DNA of 63,421 nucleotides, filler included, from Basidiobolus meristosporus CBS 931.73 (lineage: Eukaryota > Fungi > Basidiobolomycota): assembly GCA_002104905.1 (NCBI GenBank). It is 3 parts of 3 records of this genome, joined end to end, with 100 filler letters (N's around TTAATTAATTAA, not from the genome) between each part and the next. Parts side by side here need not be neighbours in the genome. Positions count along the whole stretch, not along the records: positions 1 to 31,821 come from MCFE01000836.1; 2 more parts are not named here. One strand, 5' to 3'. Below are positions 1 to 13,353 of this stretch, piece after piece. Every line of letters starts with the position of its first letter. The stretch's first letter is position 1. A model generated the notes under the pieces. That model ran no database searches and was not told the origin of the DNA. It was given only the letters and a program-made list of their open reading frames with translations. The position numbers and the translations under genes are program-made.

Positions 1-2257
1 ATTCAAGGGCATTTCACAATAACCCTTCAAGAGCGTTGCCTTCTCTGATGAACCCAAGCCTTGCAAGACTAGCATGCGGATCAGTGCAAGCTAACTTCCC
101 ACCAGTATTACTCAACTCCGGCGAGTATGGTGACCTGCCATTGCTGTGAGGACAGGAGCCTCTAATCACTTGCCATTTCAGGCCGTTGAAATCGCATCTA
201 TATTTCAGCCAATCTCTGGCACCAATCTTGAGCCTTGGTAAACAGCGCCTATGAAAACGTCGCATTCTAATAGCTGTGGTGCCGTATTCCAGGTATATAA
301 GATGCACGGAGCGGCGCCAGACCCGCCTACCACTGTTGGTCTTTTCTGAATCCCACCGATTCTTGATATCATCCCCAAGCATATGGCCGAACAAATAACA
401 GGACCCGTTGCTGACTATCATCACTACATTTGTATTGAGAAACGTGAAGGCCTTCCTTTTACATATCTTGATGAAGAACGAGACCAATCACATGCAACGT
501 GGCTACTACTCCCGACCGGTTTAATCAGAATGGATCCGATGGCCAAGCGGTGGCTTAGGCTAAACTAAACTAGGGTCAGTCGATCTGATCAGAAGCACCT
601 AGTCATCGATACAAACAAGATATTGAAACCCATCCTCCCAGCATCACCTTCGTCTGGGAATAGATTTGCTCACAATATCGGATTCAGCTGCGAGATAGGA
701 TAGACCATGCGACTCCCGCATTCCTAGGAGATCTAATACTGGTTGCGAAGATCAATATATCTACAACCTCGATAAAGAAATTTCAGATGAACTTTCTGGT
801 TAAAACCACATCTATGGTAGCAGCATCAACACAGAATTTTGGTCTACGTTGGACATTATTACACAAGCCCGCTGGGTACCCAATGGCTTGCGGGTTGTTT
901 CCACGACCTTTATTTTGTTCATCGTTATACTAGTGATTTCACCAGGCACCAGAAACGTGGGTCACACAACCGCTAGATGACGACGTTTTGTAATCAGCGA
1001 GGTACAACGGTTAATTTGATTCACTACACCTCCCCTCCATGTAAACGGCCAATATGGGGAAGCAGTCTTGGCCTATCACCACACCATTGGCCATCACCCC
1101 CAATGAACCCAGATGGCCTACCTGATATGTAGCCCATTTTCTACTGTCACACCCACTTTGAGTCATTCTTCATACTTACCAGGAGCAGGGCAACAAACAC
1201 GGCGTCTGCTACCTTTCCTCTGGAAGCGCAAGATCTCCACCAGGATGTGAGGCAGCAGAAGCCTGTCCAAGCCAGACGAATTGGCCCCTCGCCCGGCAAC
1301 GGTTGATTCCGAGCCTACGCCGCAGCTCCTCATCCGGAGTAAATTCAGCCAGAGCCGCCCCGTCGACCGTAAATACGCACAAATAAAGCCCGTTGGAGAT
1401 CTGGCAGACTGGAGCCGTGCAATCCCGGTAACAGTGGGAAAAGGGGAAGGCTACCTCGTGGTGGGTGCAGCAACCGCTTGCGCCGGGGTCCATAAGCGCC
1501 TCGCACCCTTCCGTTTTAGAAGCGGAAGCTACGTACGAGATTTGCACTCCAAGCCTTGTGTAGCCCCATCCATGACATGGTGCCATTTCTGTTCATGAGC
1601 TGCAAATGATGCGTATCCATCTTGGCAACGTCAGCCCTATTGGATATGGATACCCTTTGGTAATAAATATTAATGTTTCAAATGGTGTGCCCTCGGCTTT
1701 TTTGTTTTCCATCGCTGCAGACTTCTGCAGCCCATTGGGTTTTGTAATCCCGATCATTCTCGACTACAGTGTCCATTGAAAAACTTTCCTCCAATCGGCA
1801 CTCGGCGCGCCCTCTAATTATGGGCTAACTAAATATTTGGCAAAATTGTCTAATGAAAAGGTAATTTCACTATCCATCAATGAAGAATTAGATCATCCGA
1901 GAGCGCTAGATATCCAATTTGTCAAGCTGTCAATCACGCTTCCCCAAAAACCAGTTCATTTTAACCAGTTTTTTTCTACTTTCTATCCAGCGTTTCCGGG
2001 CTCAGGATCGGTTTCCCGACCCGCTTCCACCTTTTTACATAAGCCCGCCCAAGTTGTTTGCTTCCTATTTTCCTTGTCGACATCCTGAATTTATTTCGCT
2101 CCCTTTTCCCATCCACAGACTAGAGAGCGCACCCACCAGACAAGCCACTCTCTTCCTCCACCGTACCGTTCGTCCAGTCAAGCGAGTTGGCGACTGTTAA
2201 GTAACCTGCCTACAAGCGACCATCAACATAGCTGCATCCCTCCAACCCCCAACGGCC

Positions 2258-3508
2258 ATGACATTGTCTGAGGAGCACACCGAGATTAATGCTTCACATG
2301 ACTCCTTAAACTTCGATGCGTCCAACTTCAAGCAACCCACATTCTGGAGCCATGAGGAGACCAAGCTGCTAATCGTGTTGCGCCAAGAAAAGAACGCCCT
2401 TTTTTTATCTATGAAGCGGCCACGGAAGCTCTGGGCCGAGATCGCCGCCGTTTTACAGACCAGAGGCTTCGATAAGTCAAGTGAGCAATGCCACCAAAAA
2501 TGGAAGAATATGTTGCGTTCGTTTAGAGTATGTCTACTGCACCACCCTTGTCTCTCACGTGCAGTGATACTCACTCAGCATGCTTCACGTCTATCAATAG
2601 GAAGTAGAGGAGTATAATGCCAAAGTTGGGCCCACTGAAAAGAAGAAGTGCTCTTTCTATGATGAAATCTCGGAATTTTACCTCAAAACACGGTTCGACT
2701 CGCCTAAGCCGTCGGACCATGACGAGCGAGTCTCGCCAGAGTATGTAACCAGGCTGGATACGCTTTGAATGCCACCATTACTAAACGCATCTCTTTTTCT
2801 TGTTGGATTCTGCAGTAGTGAGGGCAAGGCGGAGTCGTCCGAGCCGCCACTTTCAAGGTACCTATTTCAGCTGGATCACTCCGTAGTATCCAAGATTAAC
2901 ACCATCGCATTTCCAGTCATCCGGATTTCCAGCACAGCTCCCTAAGCACCTCAGTATTTGATGCAGCATCACCCACATCAAATCCAAATCTCGGATCCTC
3001 CATCAATATATCCAATTCGAATCACCACTCGAGGTCAACAAGTAATGACTCAACACGAACTAAGCGCTCGGCCGACAGCATCCTCACTCCCCTCCACAAC
3101 AAACTTATTCGCATTCAGCAAGAGGGATTTGACCCCTCCGCCTCCCAAGAAAAACTATTTGACGAGTTCCACTTGCTCGCTGATCACCACAACCCGCTAA
3201 GTGCGTCCTATCGCAGCCCTCTGCCGCACAAGCACAATCAAGGGTCGCACACCCCGAATGGTGTGAACGGGCATAGCGAAGGAGTCACGAGTGCCGGGTC
3301 GAAGGAGGATACGGAGAGGTTTTTCAATTTTTATCGAGAGCAAAGCCTTCGAATGAACACTGGTGTAGAGAAAGCCAGAGAGAATTTCCGGTACACCTTG
3401 GAAGTGATAGAGAATTTAGCCAAGGATTTCGCCGAGAAAGAGCATCAATATGCAGACCGCCAAGCTAGAATGTTTGAAAAGTTCGTAGAAGCATTGAGGA
3501 AGGATTGA
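2258..3508 (+). CDS. Trihelix (GT-1-like) Myb/SANT DNA-binding protein with C-terminal coiled coil; multi-exon
   Basis: Exon 1 encodes W-SHEETKLLI-LR...LWAEIAAVL...KSSEQCHQKWKNM, the Myb_DNA-bind_4 pattern. Intron 2528-2600 (GTATGT..CAATAG) leads to EVEEYNAK...KKCSFYDEI. A second intron lies at 2741-2815. The last exon (~3173-3508) is helical and charged. Middle exon boundaries are unresolved. Confidence 0.75.
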
Positions 3509-5046
3509 TCCCGTCCGGCTGCTCAACGAGTCCGCTCTTCCTTTCGCCAACACTTACATAGAACGAAGAGACTGCCGCATCAGGCAAAATCTAGAGCAAG
3601 ACGTTGATGTGTCCTATCAGTGCTCTTGCACAACCCTGATTTCTCGGATCGCAGAAGCAAGCCCTAGCTTCAAGGCCTAGGAAGGTTGCTCCAAAAGCAT
3701 TTTCCTATATGTTTACCACTTCTTTACACTTCCCCACACGGGCACCTTATTGATTTGTACATAAGTAAACCACCTTTCAAACTGCTACCTAGGAATATGA
3801 TTTTGGTATTGTGGAGCGTACAGGGCCATTAAGCACACACATACTGTCGTACCAGTCGGTGACCGTTTTGGTGCATTGACGACATTCCGCGGTCAGAGGT
3901 GGATCGTATTTAGACATACTGATACTGAGCCACTCAGGAAAACTCGACATCCCGCATCTTAACTAAATAAGGACATGGGCTCGCTGGAATTTGAGACTAG
4001 ATATATATGAGGTGCATAAGTGCTTCACGTCAATACCCGTCCTGGAAGGTAATTCCCCCTACACAGTAGACATGGGCTCAGATTGGCTGTGTATCGGTGG
4101 CAGCTACGGTGTTCCTGGGCCTTATTCGCCTGGCCCATTCCTTTGAACAAAACCCAGCCTGGCATTGCACCACCCACAGGGCCCCCCTTTTGCCATCAAT
4201 CAACGTACGGACCTCCTGTCGCCAACCGTAATGTTTCAACCACGGCCCCCAGCGAAGCGAGAGGCTTCACTCAATGGACAGCTCAATAGAAAACCAGAAC
4301 CATGAGGGAGCGCATAGTCTGGGCTTTGCGTAAGCAGTAAGCGTCAGGATGCTGCTAACCACATATACCCAGATCTGAGCCCCTTGTTAGCTCCTGCAGA
4401 CGCAAGAAATCCAATTTGTCCCTCGTCCCATGGAAAACATTATGCTCAATAAACTTGGATGATCAGCGATATTGGTAGACTGTTTCATCTACGCTCCCAC
4501 AACATCTACCAAGTATAGTGCGGAGATGCAAATTGATTGATATTTCATATTTGACCAGCATCCTGTACTGATAGGGCCGAAAATGCCAATCTCCCAGATG
4601 ATGACTAGGAATGATTCCAGTGGGTAACACACGCTCCCATTCGGTTAATATTCGGGATTTGTTTGGAAAAAAATTTGAGTGTTGTCTCAGTGATCCAAGA
4701 ATCAGTAACCAGGCGCTGACCAATTCTTGATGGTCTCCCGCATGTTGTATATTGATCCATCGAATGAAATCCCATCTCCATATTAGAGCCACTTTTTTTC
4801 TCCACCATTTTTTATTAAGGTTTGTTGATATCGTGGGTTTTTGAGCTAGCATTTATACTCTGGCGGAGGATTGGGTAGACACTTTGGTGTTTGCATCTCA
4901 ACGTCTTTTCCAGTCTTTTGAAGACCAAGTGCTGCCAAACTAACCACAAGTGGAGACATATTCGGAAGACGACATTAATTAACCTGTGGCCTTGAAAACT
5001 TCAAAGTTGATTCACCTCCCTCTAAGAAGATTCCACTAGAGGTACG

Positions 5047-6347
5047 ATGGTTGTTAACTCCTTGGTGAAACTTGGGTTTCCCTATTCTGGCGAATTCCCT
5101 ACCTTCTTCGTATTCATGACGGTAACAAGTGTGCTGGTGTGTGTTGGTTTGGTGATAAAGGTAAGGATATGCCGTATCCCTATTCTCCGCGCAAAACGAC
5201 TTTCTAAGCCTCACCTGTGTAGCTATCGAAGGTGAACCCCAACGTTCTAAAACGAGTCACTTCGTCCTTCTCCCCCACCACCTCAAAGCTGCTACTCCCC
5301 AGCACTCTGAGTGCTATGTATGAGACTGGGTCACCGACCTTCTGCGCCCACCAGTTACCCGCTGAGAGAAGTTCGAACCTTAGCGCTGATAAGCATTTTG
5401 TCCATTTCGTGGAAACCAAAGACGTACGGGTTGCACTCAACAAACCAACAGCTTTGCCAGCCAAGAAATCCCTAGACGAACCTGGTAGCAATTCACCTCA
5501 CGAAAACCGTACATCCCAGGCTGCGCCTTCTAATGAAACCAAACCTGAAAAAGAAAAAGCCTCCGACACGGAGTCTCCCAAACCCAAACCCAAACCCAAC
5601 CACACCTTAATCGCTAACCCCAAGGAGCTCAACAGCACACGCCTCGAAAAGGCTCCTACCGACCCTTTAAGCTCGGAGGCCAAATCGAATCCTCGCCCGG
5701 GAAAAACCAATGACCCCGTCCCGGCACCCGACACATCGCAGGCCAGTCTTCTGGATGACAAGGATTTTATAGCCATTGAGAAGCGACGTCGACGAAAAAA
5801 CAAAAAAAGCAAAGCCCAAGCACAGCACGTTCCACCGGCTGAGAACAAAGCGAATATCCCGAAGCAGGACAAGCAAATTCGTCGGCGTCAGAAGTCCTCA
5901 TCCACCGAATCGTCGCCCCATCCGAGCCCTACTAATTCCCCAAAGGTGGTCAAATTGGTTCTTCACAAACGATCGCCCGATGGCCAGCCGCGAGCCGATA
6001 TATGCGGCCCTCGGGTAGCACCGACTAACAGTACAAACGTCCCAACCGTACCAAATCCTAGACACTCCCATTCCGCTGAACCTGCTCCTCGGGCTACCTT
6101 TATTAACATGGGATATGATTATCAGCAATGGTATTCCCCGTTCTCCTCTGGCTTTCATGTCGATATATTTGACCGTGAGCTTGGGCGTAAGCAGCAGCCT
6201 CGACTCCCCACACATCTTACTTCGTCATACCATTCAGTAGTTAAAAAGTCCCCCATGGCTTCACACGGAGATGGTGTGTTAGGTGATACACATTCCAGAT
6301 ATATCCCTCAAGGACGGCAATTCTCGTTGTTTGAACGGGGATTTTGA
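5047..6347 (+). CDS. Uncharacterised protein with N-terminal TM anchor and long Pro/Ser/Lys-rich disordered region
   Basis: Exon 5047-5160 encodes the hydrophobic stretch FFVFMTVTSVLVCVGLVI. A phase-0 intron at 5161-5222 (GTAAGG..TGTAG) joins it in frame to the 371-aa ORF, which contains the basic run KRRRRKNKK. Confidence 0.6.
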
Positions 6348-7129
6348 GGGAGTTTTCCGACCAATCATTTGGTTGACCGGTGCACCTACCTTGGGCCCCA
6401 ACGATTCTATCGTCCCTTGTCAAAGAAGTTATCGAATATCAAAGAGAATTAATATGAATGTAGATAGATTTTAGTGCTTTGTATATTCATGCGCGAATAA
6501 GAGTTGCTGACTGCAGTTAGCCCAAACCTAAACTAAGATTGGCCAATGACCAGCTTAACATGCTCCCATTACATATGTATCCCCCGTGTCTTGCATCATT
6601 GACAGCTGGACTTGCTATGCGGTATTGTGTCCGCAGGGTGGTTGGGCCCAGCTCAATCGTTGGTACGGAAGCGAGGCCAAGGAGGGATCCGAGATTTCTC
6701 AGTGGCTGCCTGTGCTCAGTGAGCTTAGGTCTGAGGGATCTCATCCTTATCACATATGCAGAAACCATGCCAACTGGCTTGGCGCTAGCCATATTAGAGA
6801 TTCATTGCGGTGTAGGGAGCACTGACCCTAAGCTAGAGGTGCTACACATCATATGATCCCAGGTTCGATGCAGCCTGGAGTCACCTGAACCGATAACGTG
6901 ACATGGTGATTGAAAGTGAGGGTTGATTGTCATGGGGCAGATTGGGCCAATTGCATGGTGATGCTGGTGAGGGTGCGATCCATCATATCCTCCTCCCTTA
7001 GCATCAAGGAAAAAAATGAAAAAAATCACCCCGGCCGGGATTGGGCCATTCCGCTCCCTTAATTGAATCCCAATTTTGGTGTTTGAGATTCCTTCTCTTG
7101 TGTCTTTGGTATCCAACTGTCCGTTCAAT

Positions 7130-7729
7130 ATGGTACGTGCATGACAGCCATCAATCCATGCAGTCAATCCATCCATCCCGTTTAGGGTTGGAAACGATGC
7201 GGCCCAGAAGCCACCCCTTTTCTTGTGTTCCATGATGCTAACGCGTTGCTTCTTCTGTTTCTCTTTCGTCTACTAGTCCAAGAAAGCCGGAAAAGTTCAG
7301 AAAACCCAAGAACCCATCTCTCTCGGTCCCCAAGTTCGTGAGGGTGAGCTCGTCTTCGGTGTTGCTCACATCTTCGCCTCTTTCAACGATACCTTCGTCC
7401 ACGTTACCGATTTGACTGGCCGTGAAACCATGGTCCGTGTTACTGGCGGTATGAAGGTTAAGGCTGATCGTGATGAGTCCTCCCCTTACGCTGCTATGTT
7501 GGCTGCCCAAGATGTTGCCGTTCGCTGCAAGGAACTCGGCATCACTGCTCTTCATATTAAGATCCGTGCTACCGGTGGTAACGGACCCAAGACCCCTGGA
7601 CCCGGTGCTCAATCTGCTCTTCGTGCTTTGGCCAGAGCTGGTATGAGAATTGGTCGCATTGAGGATGTTACCCCCATTCCTACCGATAGTACTCGTAGAA
7701 AGGGTGGTCGTCGTGGTCGTCGTTTGTAG
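7130..7729 (+). CDS. RPS14: 40S ribosomal protein uS11 (S14)
   Basis: ATG-only exon at 7130-7132, intron 7133-7276 (GTACGT..GCTAAC..TAG), then [71 protein letters not shown]. Confidence 0.97.
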
Positions 7730-7954
7730 ATGTTATTGCGATATTCCTATATCTATTACTGCAGCTCGAATAAATCACCAATTCTTTGCTACAACACATA
7801 CTTCAAGGTGAACAGCAATTTCCAACGAAACTGCCCACGCAGTAATATCGTAGAAAGTCTAGTGGTTGCCCTCTCACTGGGTTAGTATCCCAATGGGATT
7901 CCCGCAAGTTGTAATAAATACGGAACGTTTACTAGGATATATGACTACAACAGC

Positions 7955-10450
7955 TCATTTGTGCAACATCTTCGATACATTAAAAATGGACTTGATTGAT
8001 TCTTGAGAGTTGGTAGATTTCGCGGAGCTCTTTCGATCAAGAATGGAGCTGCGACTGGTTCCAGCTAGAGATGGAGGAAGGGTGGATAGGACCTTGAGTT
8101 TCCGGCTTTTTGCGTCTCCAAGGATAGTGTTACGACCCCTAGGTTTCCCCAGTGACTGCTTGAGCTTCTGACCAGTGCTGGATGCCGGGGTGTATTTTAA
8201 TTGTGGCTTATCAGCACTCAGTGTGGCGGCTTGGTTGGGCTCTGGAGTGAATTCCTTACGGGCGACTGTACCAAGTGACTGTTGTTTCTTCCCAATGGTC
8301 ACCTTTTTTTTCTTTGTCGGGCCTGTCGAAGCGATAGGTGGAGTATCGGCGTTTTCATTACTTATTCCCAGGTGCTGCCTCTTTCGATTGAAAGTGATCT
8401 TTTTCCTTGGATGAGTATCTTTAGGTGTGTCCGTTGGTGACCTTTGTAAGATCGGGCTATTCGGACTTGTTGGTATCTCACTTGATTGAATGGGTGGGAC
8501 ATGTTTCAACTCCGGATCTATATCAATGGGTGCGTTTGCAACGGCCCCCCCAACCTGCCTCGTACTACGCCTTAACTTCAGCTGCGATATTGTCCCCGGT
8601 TCAGGTTCCTTGACCGAACTATCGCTTCGCTTTTTTGTAGACTTCACTTTTGATTTTATGGGCTTCTGGCCAGCTGATTCTTCTGCAGCATCGTCAAATG
8701 GCGCAATGGCTAAGGACTTACGACGCTTACGGGGTGGCTTAGCAGGCAATGCTTTGGAGGTCGGCTCATCCTCACGGCCAATTCTTTCTTGCGAAGTCAA
8801 CAGAAGTTCCTCTTTGTCCAAAGTGGTAGCTCCTTGAACTAAAATAGACGGAGCATCCAATGTCAGTTTATCTTGACCCATCTCAGCACCCCCACCCCAT
8901 AGAATTCCCGATTCCCTACATTTAGCTAGGAGCTGCGCATTTTTCGCTTTTTCTGCATGCAATTCTCTCTAATGTACGATAGAAATGTCAATTTGGGTCA
9001 GAAGGTGTGAGTAGCCTAAACATTTACACTAGTCTCCTCGACACGATACATCATCTCGTTTCTTTGCTTCTCGTAGGTGTCCAGCGTGATTCTGGCCTCT
9101 TCCTGCAGCCGATCAATTGTTTGCTCAAGTTCAGATACTTTTCCTTCAAGTCTTCGAGCTTTTTGAACGTTGCCAGATTTCTCCAAGAATAGCTGTCTAC
9201 GTCCCGCTTCGATTTCCTTTTCTAGTATCAACTCTAGTGTATCAAATCTCTTTTCGAGATCGCTGGCAATAAGAGTATGCTTACGCTCATGTTGGAGCCT
9301 CATGCCTATCTCCGCCTTCTCCTTGTGAAGTTTCTGCGCCTCTTGGGTTTCTGAAGTCAGTCTTCCCAGAGCCCGACTGTGCGCTTCCTTGAGCTCGCGA
9401 TAGTTCAAGCGAAGGGTATGAAACATGCGCTCAATAGATTCCAATTGTATCTTGGTGGCGAGCAAAGAGTCCTTCGACTTTTCATATTCGCCAGTTTTCT
9501 CCTCAAAGGATTTCTAGTGGCGGATTTAGAAATTCAGTTGCACGTGGAAGTAACCTAACCAGACAGACGAGGTCACCTGGAGGGCAGCCAGCTTCAGTTG
9601 AAGATCCGTACACTTCAATACTAAATTATCTCTTTCGGCGGTAACAATGGCTACACGCAACTTATCAGACACTTATTCGCGAGCTCTTTCGCGTAACCTC
9701 GTCCTACTTACACAGATGAACACGAGCTCGGCGAGCATCTTCTTTTACTGTTACCATTTCGGCAGACATGGCGGAAGAGGATACTTTAGCATCAAGCATG
9801 GATGTGACTTCACTGGTTTGCAGCTGGATCAACCCGAAGTCAGTCGATGGTCGTACCGCTCAGTCAAGCAAGTCCCCTACCTCCTTGTACTGCTTCTTCA
9901 CATCAATGCAGTCTTGAGCTAGATCGTGGATCTTGTTTTCTAGCGAATGATTGATCCCTTGAAATTCCTGAAGTAAAGTTTCTTGTTGACAGAGAGTTCC
10001 ATACCGAGCTTTGTATTCGATCTGGAATATACTTGAATCATCCGCACAGTCAAGTCTCACCCAACTCTATTCCCTACCTGGATGTTTTTGACTTCATTCT
10101 TGTACTGCCTCTGCTTCACCTCGAGCTGGGTTACTCTACGGTCGATTTTGTTCAGTTTCTAATGTGAAGTTCGAGTAAGCTCGGGGTCCATCGATCAGAG
10201 CAAGCATCGACATACTTCGCGCGTTCTCATTTTTCTCAGGGCTTGGGCAAACTCCAGTAACTCCACTGTTTCTTGATCTAGATGTCCGTCGTCGGCCTTT
10301 GGGAACTAAGCATTCAGCTTATGAATGAGCTGACCGATCAAGTACTACTTACCGCAACATTGAACACGAACAAACTCTTGCAGTTTCCAGAGAAAAAGTC
10401 TGATACGGCTCAACAGAAGCTCCAGCAATGTTGGTAATGACTGCAACTTG
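7955..10450 (-). CDS. Multi-exon coiled-coil protein with basic, low-complexity C-terminus; 5' end approximate
   Basis: ORFs 9016-9465 and 9860-10060 are heptad-like (E/K/L/Q-rich). A clean 59-nt intron at 9027-8969 (GTAAAT..TTAG) joins them to the 335-aa terminal ORF. No family recognised. Confidence 0.55.
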
Positions 10451-13353
10451 CCTGATATGAAGGGGGTTAGGCACGTATCTTCATACGGCAAGGGGCCGAG
10501 GAACGATCCAGAAATCAGTTGGGAAACCGTCCTTCCTAAAGGCTCAACCTCATAAGCACTAGATTAGATCGCAGAACAGCCTGGTCTCTTACGCATTAGA
10601 CAGAAAGACTTGGAAACACCATCAACTGTGGAAGCGAAAAGGTCGTCTTCGGTAACCATGGAATTCACAGGGATATACTGGGGAACACCCATGTCCACCT
10701 ACATTTTCCAGTTTAACGAATCCTTCCGTTTGGGTCAATTGTTGGCATACGGCTATAGTCACTGACCAGATAGAGCGTCCCGGAAGTAGGGTCATTACCA
10801 GAGGTTTCAAATCGGATGGCAAATACGAAGGGCGTGGTGGAACCTATTATGCATAGTCACCCAGATGTAACAAACAGTGATCTCAATCAAGAAAAGTGTA
10901 CCATAATGAAGAATTCTCTCGATTTCATCCAGTGATCGGATGTGTTTTAGAAAGGGATCGATGCCACGGCGCCGAAGCTCAGCTATATCGGGGAAAGATG
11001 TCGGTTAAATAGCCCATTGATCATGTTAGTAGAGCAGGTTACTACCAGTCACAGAAAGCTCTGTTTGTAGATCAATGCATGTAGTCTCGGTAATGCCCAA
11101 GTACCTGTTTTGACACAATGGAGAATTAGAAGTCAGCTGGTTTCCGAGCTATAGCCAGGTTACTTGCGCGCAAGAAAGAGTCAGATTGGTTTGTTCCTGA
11201 ATGTCCATCTCCTTCAGCTTGTTCACAAACGGGGTCAACAGCTTGATTCTGAACGATACGTCAACACCGCCATGCCAGAGTCCTTGAAAATATAGCCGCA
11301 TTACCTGTTGTACATCGTGTTGTTGCTTATACTTTGGTGGCGTTACTGCGTAGAAAATATACATCCTTTAAAATGATCCACATACCCGACTCCTACATTG
11401 AAGAACATACAGTTGCCTCCTATATGGAACATCAGCATATTCCACTGACGATATTCGTCGAAAGCCACTTACCACGAGCAGCAAAACAGATCCCATCATC
11501 TATTCTGCTGTCACTAAAAGCGCCCAGCTCTTGCGGGCTATAGCAACGATCGAAATACAATCGCTCTCTAGATAGTGGACTTAGACTCCATGATACTTAC
11601 GGGATCTTGCGCCTCTCTGCAAACGTACCTTCCTGAAGGACCACCAAATCCTGCCATCAAGTGATGTTAGATAGAGATTGCATTGCGACGCGAAGGCACT
11701 AACGCAAACCTTGCTCGGGTGTCAGAATAAGACATCGATTGTCTTCACTACATACAACCGTCTTCAAGCTATTCGCCGACGCTGACACAGAATGTACCTG
11801 TACTAGTACACTGACATTACCAATGGTGCAAGCCATGTTGTGTATACTGTGGGTTTATCGATATTGGAGAGTTCAACAAGCGTGGTGATATATTATTCAC
11901 CGCTGACGGCTACCGGGAACATTTTATATTGAATGCCAACCGAGCCTCTCCCGGGTTTGCTCAAGAGTATCAATCTGCCAATCATTTCCATATTTAACCA
12001 AGATAGTTTTCAGATCGTTATGTGGTTGGAATACATCGTTAGAAGCCGTTCCTCCCAAAGCTGCTCTGTGATCAATGAAACAATATCTAATTTCAGGCAT
12101 CAGGTGAAGAGGTGAGGTAAGTGTTTTCCAAAAGTTTGGACACATGCTCTCGTCTTTTGTATTATGGACAGTCATGTCCCAGACATGCTGAACACAGTTT
12201 GGTAATCGAGCGGCACAGGTGTACTGATGATCCAGAAACTTGCCTGGATCCCTCCCTCTCATTATCTCTAAGGAACATCTTAAGCTCAGAGTTTGGTAGA
12301 GCTGAGGTATGTCGATTTCTGGTTATAAACGTTATAAACGTGAATTTGGGCATCCCCACAGACTGATAAGTGTCATGGACCCTGATTATTGTGTTCGTGA
12401 ATAATGCATTCGGGTGATATGTGTTATGATAATGGTGTCACGTGGAATTTCTTTGGCGAACCAATCCGTCAAGGAAACAGTCCGCCAGGCGGGATTTCGA
12501 ATCAACCTGAGCAGAAATCAAGCAGGACGGAAAGATGCAGTATTTGTATGTATGTATGTATGTATATATATGGACAAAATAACCGAGGTTTAGCATTTCC
12601 AAAGGCCCAAGCATTATAGTGGATCTTTCGCACCATCTGCGGAACCAGGAGTCCTAGTACAGTTTTCTGGTAAATGGTTGTACAACGAGATGCCTCGTTC
12701 ATTCCGTTAATACACAGATTTCCTTAAAAGCTAGTGTTGCATCCTATTTCTTATGGTGCACCCACTTCTCATCGTTACCCCCTGAAATAGTATTGACTTC
12801 CACCCCTGTGGTGGGATTGTTGGTACTGTATCAGCACGCTGAGCCACTACCTGACTGATGTGTTTCCTAAAAATAATCAAGCTGCATACGTCAATCAGTC
12901 GCCTAATATACCACTGGGGATCCGTTTCTGCAGAATTTTTTTACACGATTGCGACTACGAATGTCTGCCATTAGTATCACACAATTCACCTAATCCATGA
13001 GATTGTTATTATTTCCTGACAAATGTGTGACTAGCCTAAGAAGATCGATTTGCTTCTACCACATTTTCGTTTTTGCTCGACCATGCAGACGAATGGCAGC
13101 CTGAAGGGTGGGAAGATTCCTGACACCAATATGCACGGTAACCTGTCAAAGTCTGATATTATCGATAATCTCTGCTATTGAACCTAGGTTCCCGCTCAAT
13201 CAACGTACTGGCTACTAAGCAATTTCATTTATGTTATTATACTATTAGCAAAAAGTTTTCTCACACTTCATGCCCCCGTCATCAGTGATGTTTTCCTTTA
13301 TTTATAACCCTGGTTTGCATTACGCTAGAAGTTGACCTTTTCTCTAGTGAAAT

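Noticed and set aside
1-1600. Probable multi-exon gene(s) at the window start
   Set aside because: Splice-like signals and protein-like ORFs occur on both strands, and I could not build a consistent model or recognise a family.
10560-12360. Probable multi-exon gene (a good minus-strand intron at ~11100-11165)
   Set aside because: Frame and product are unresolved, so it is not reported as a feature.
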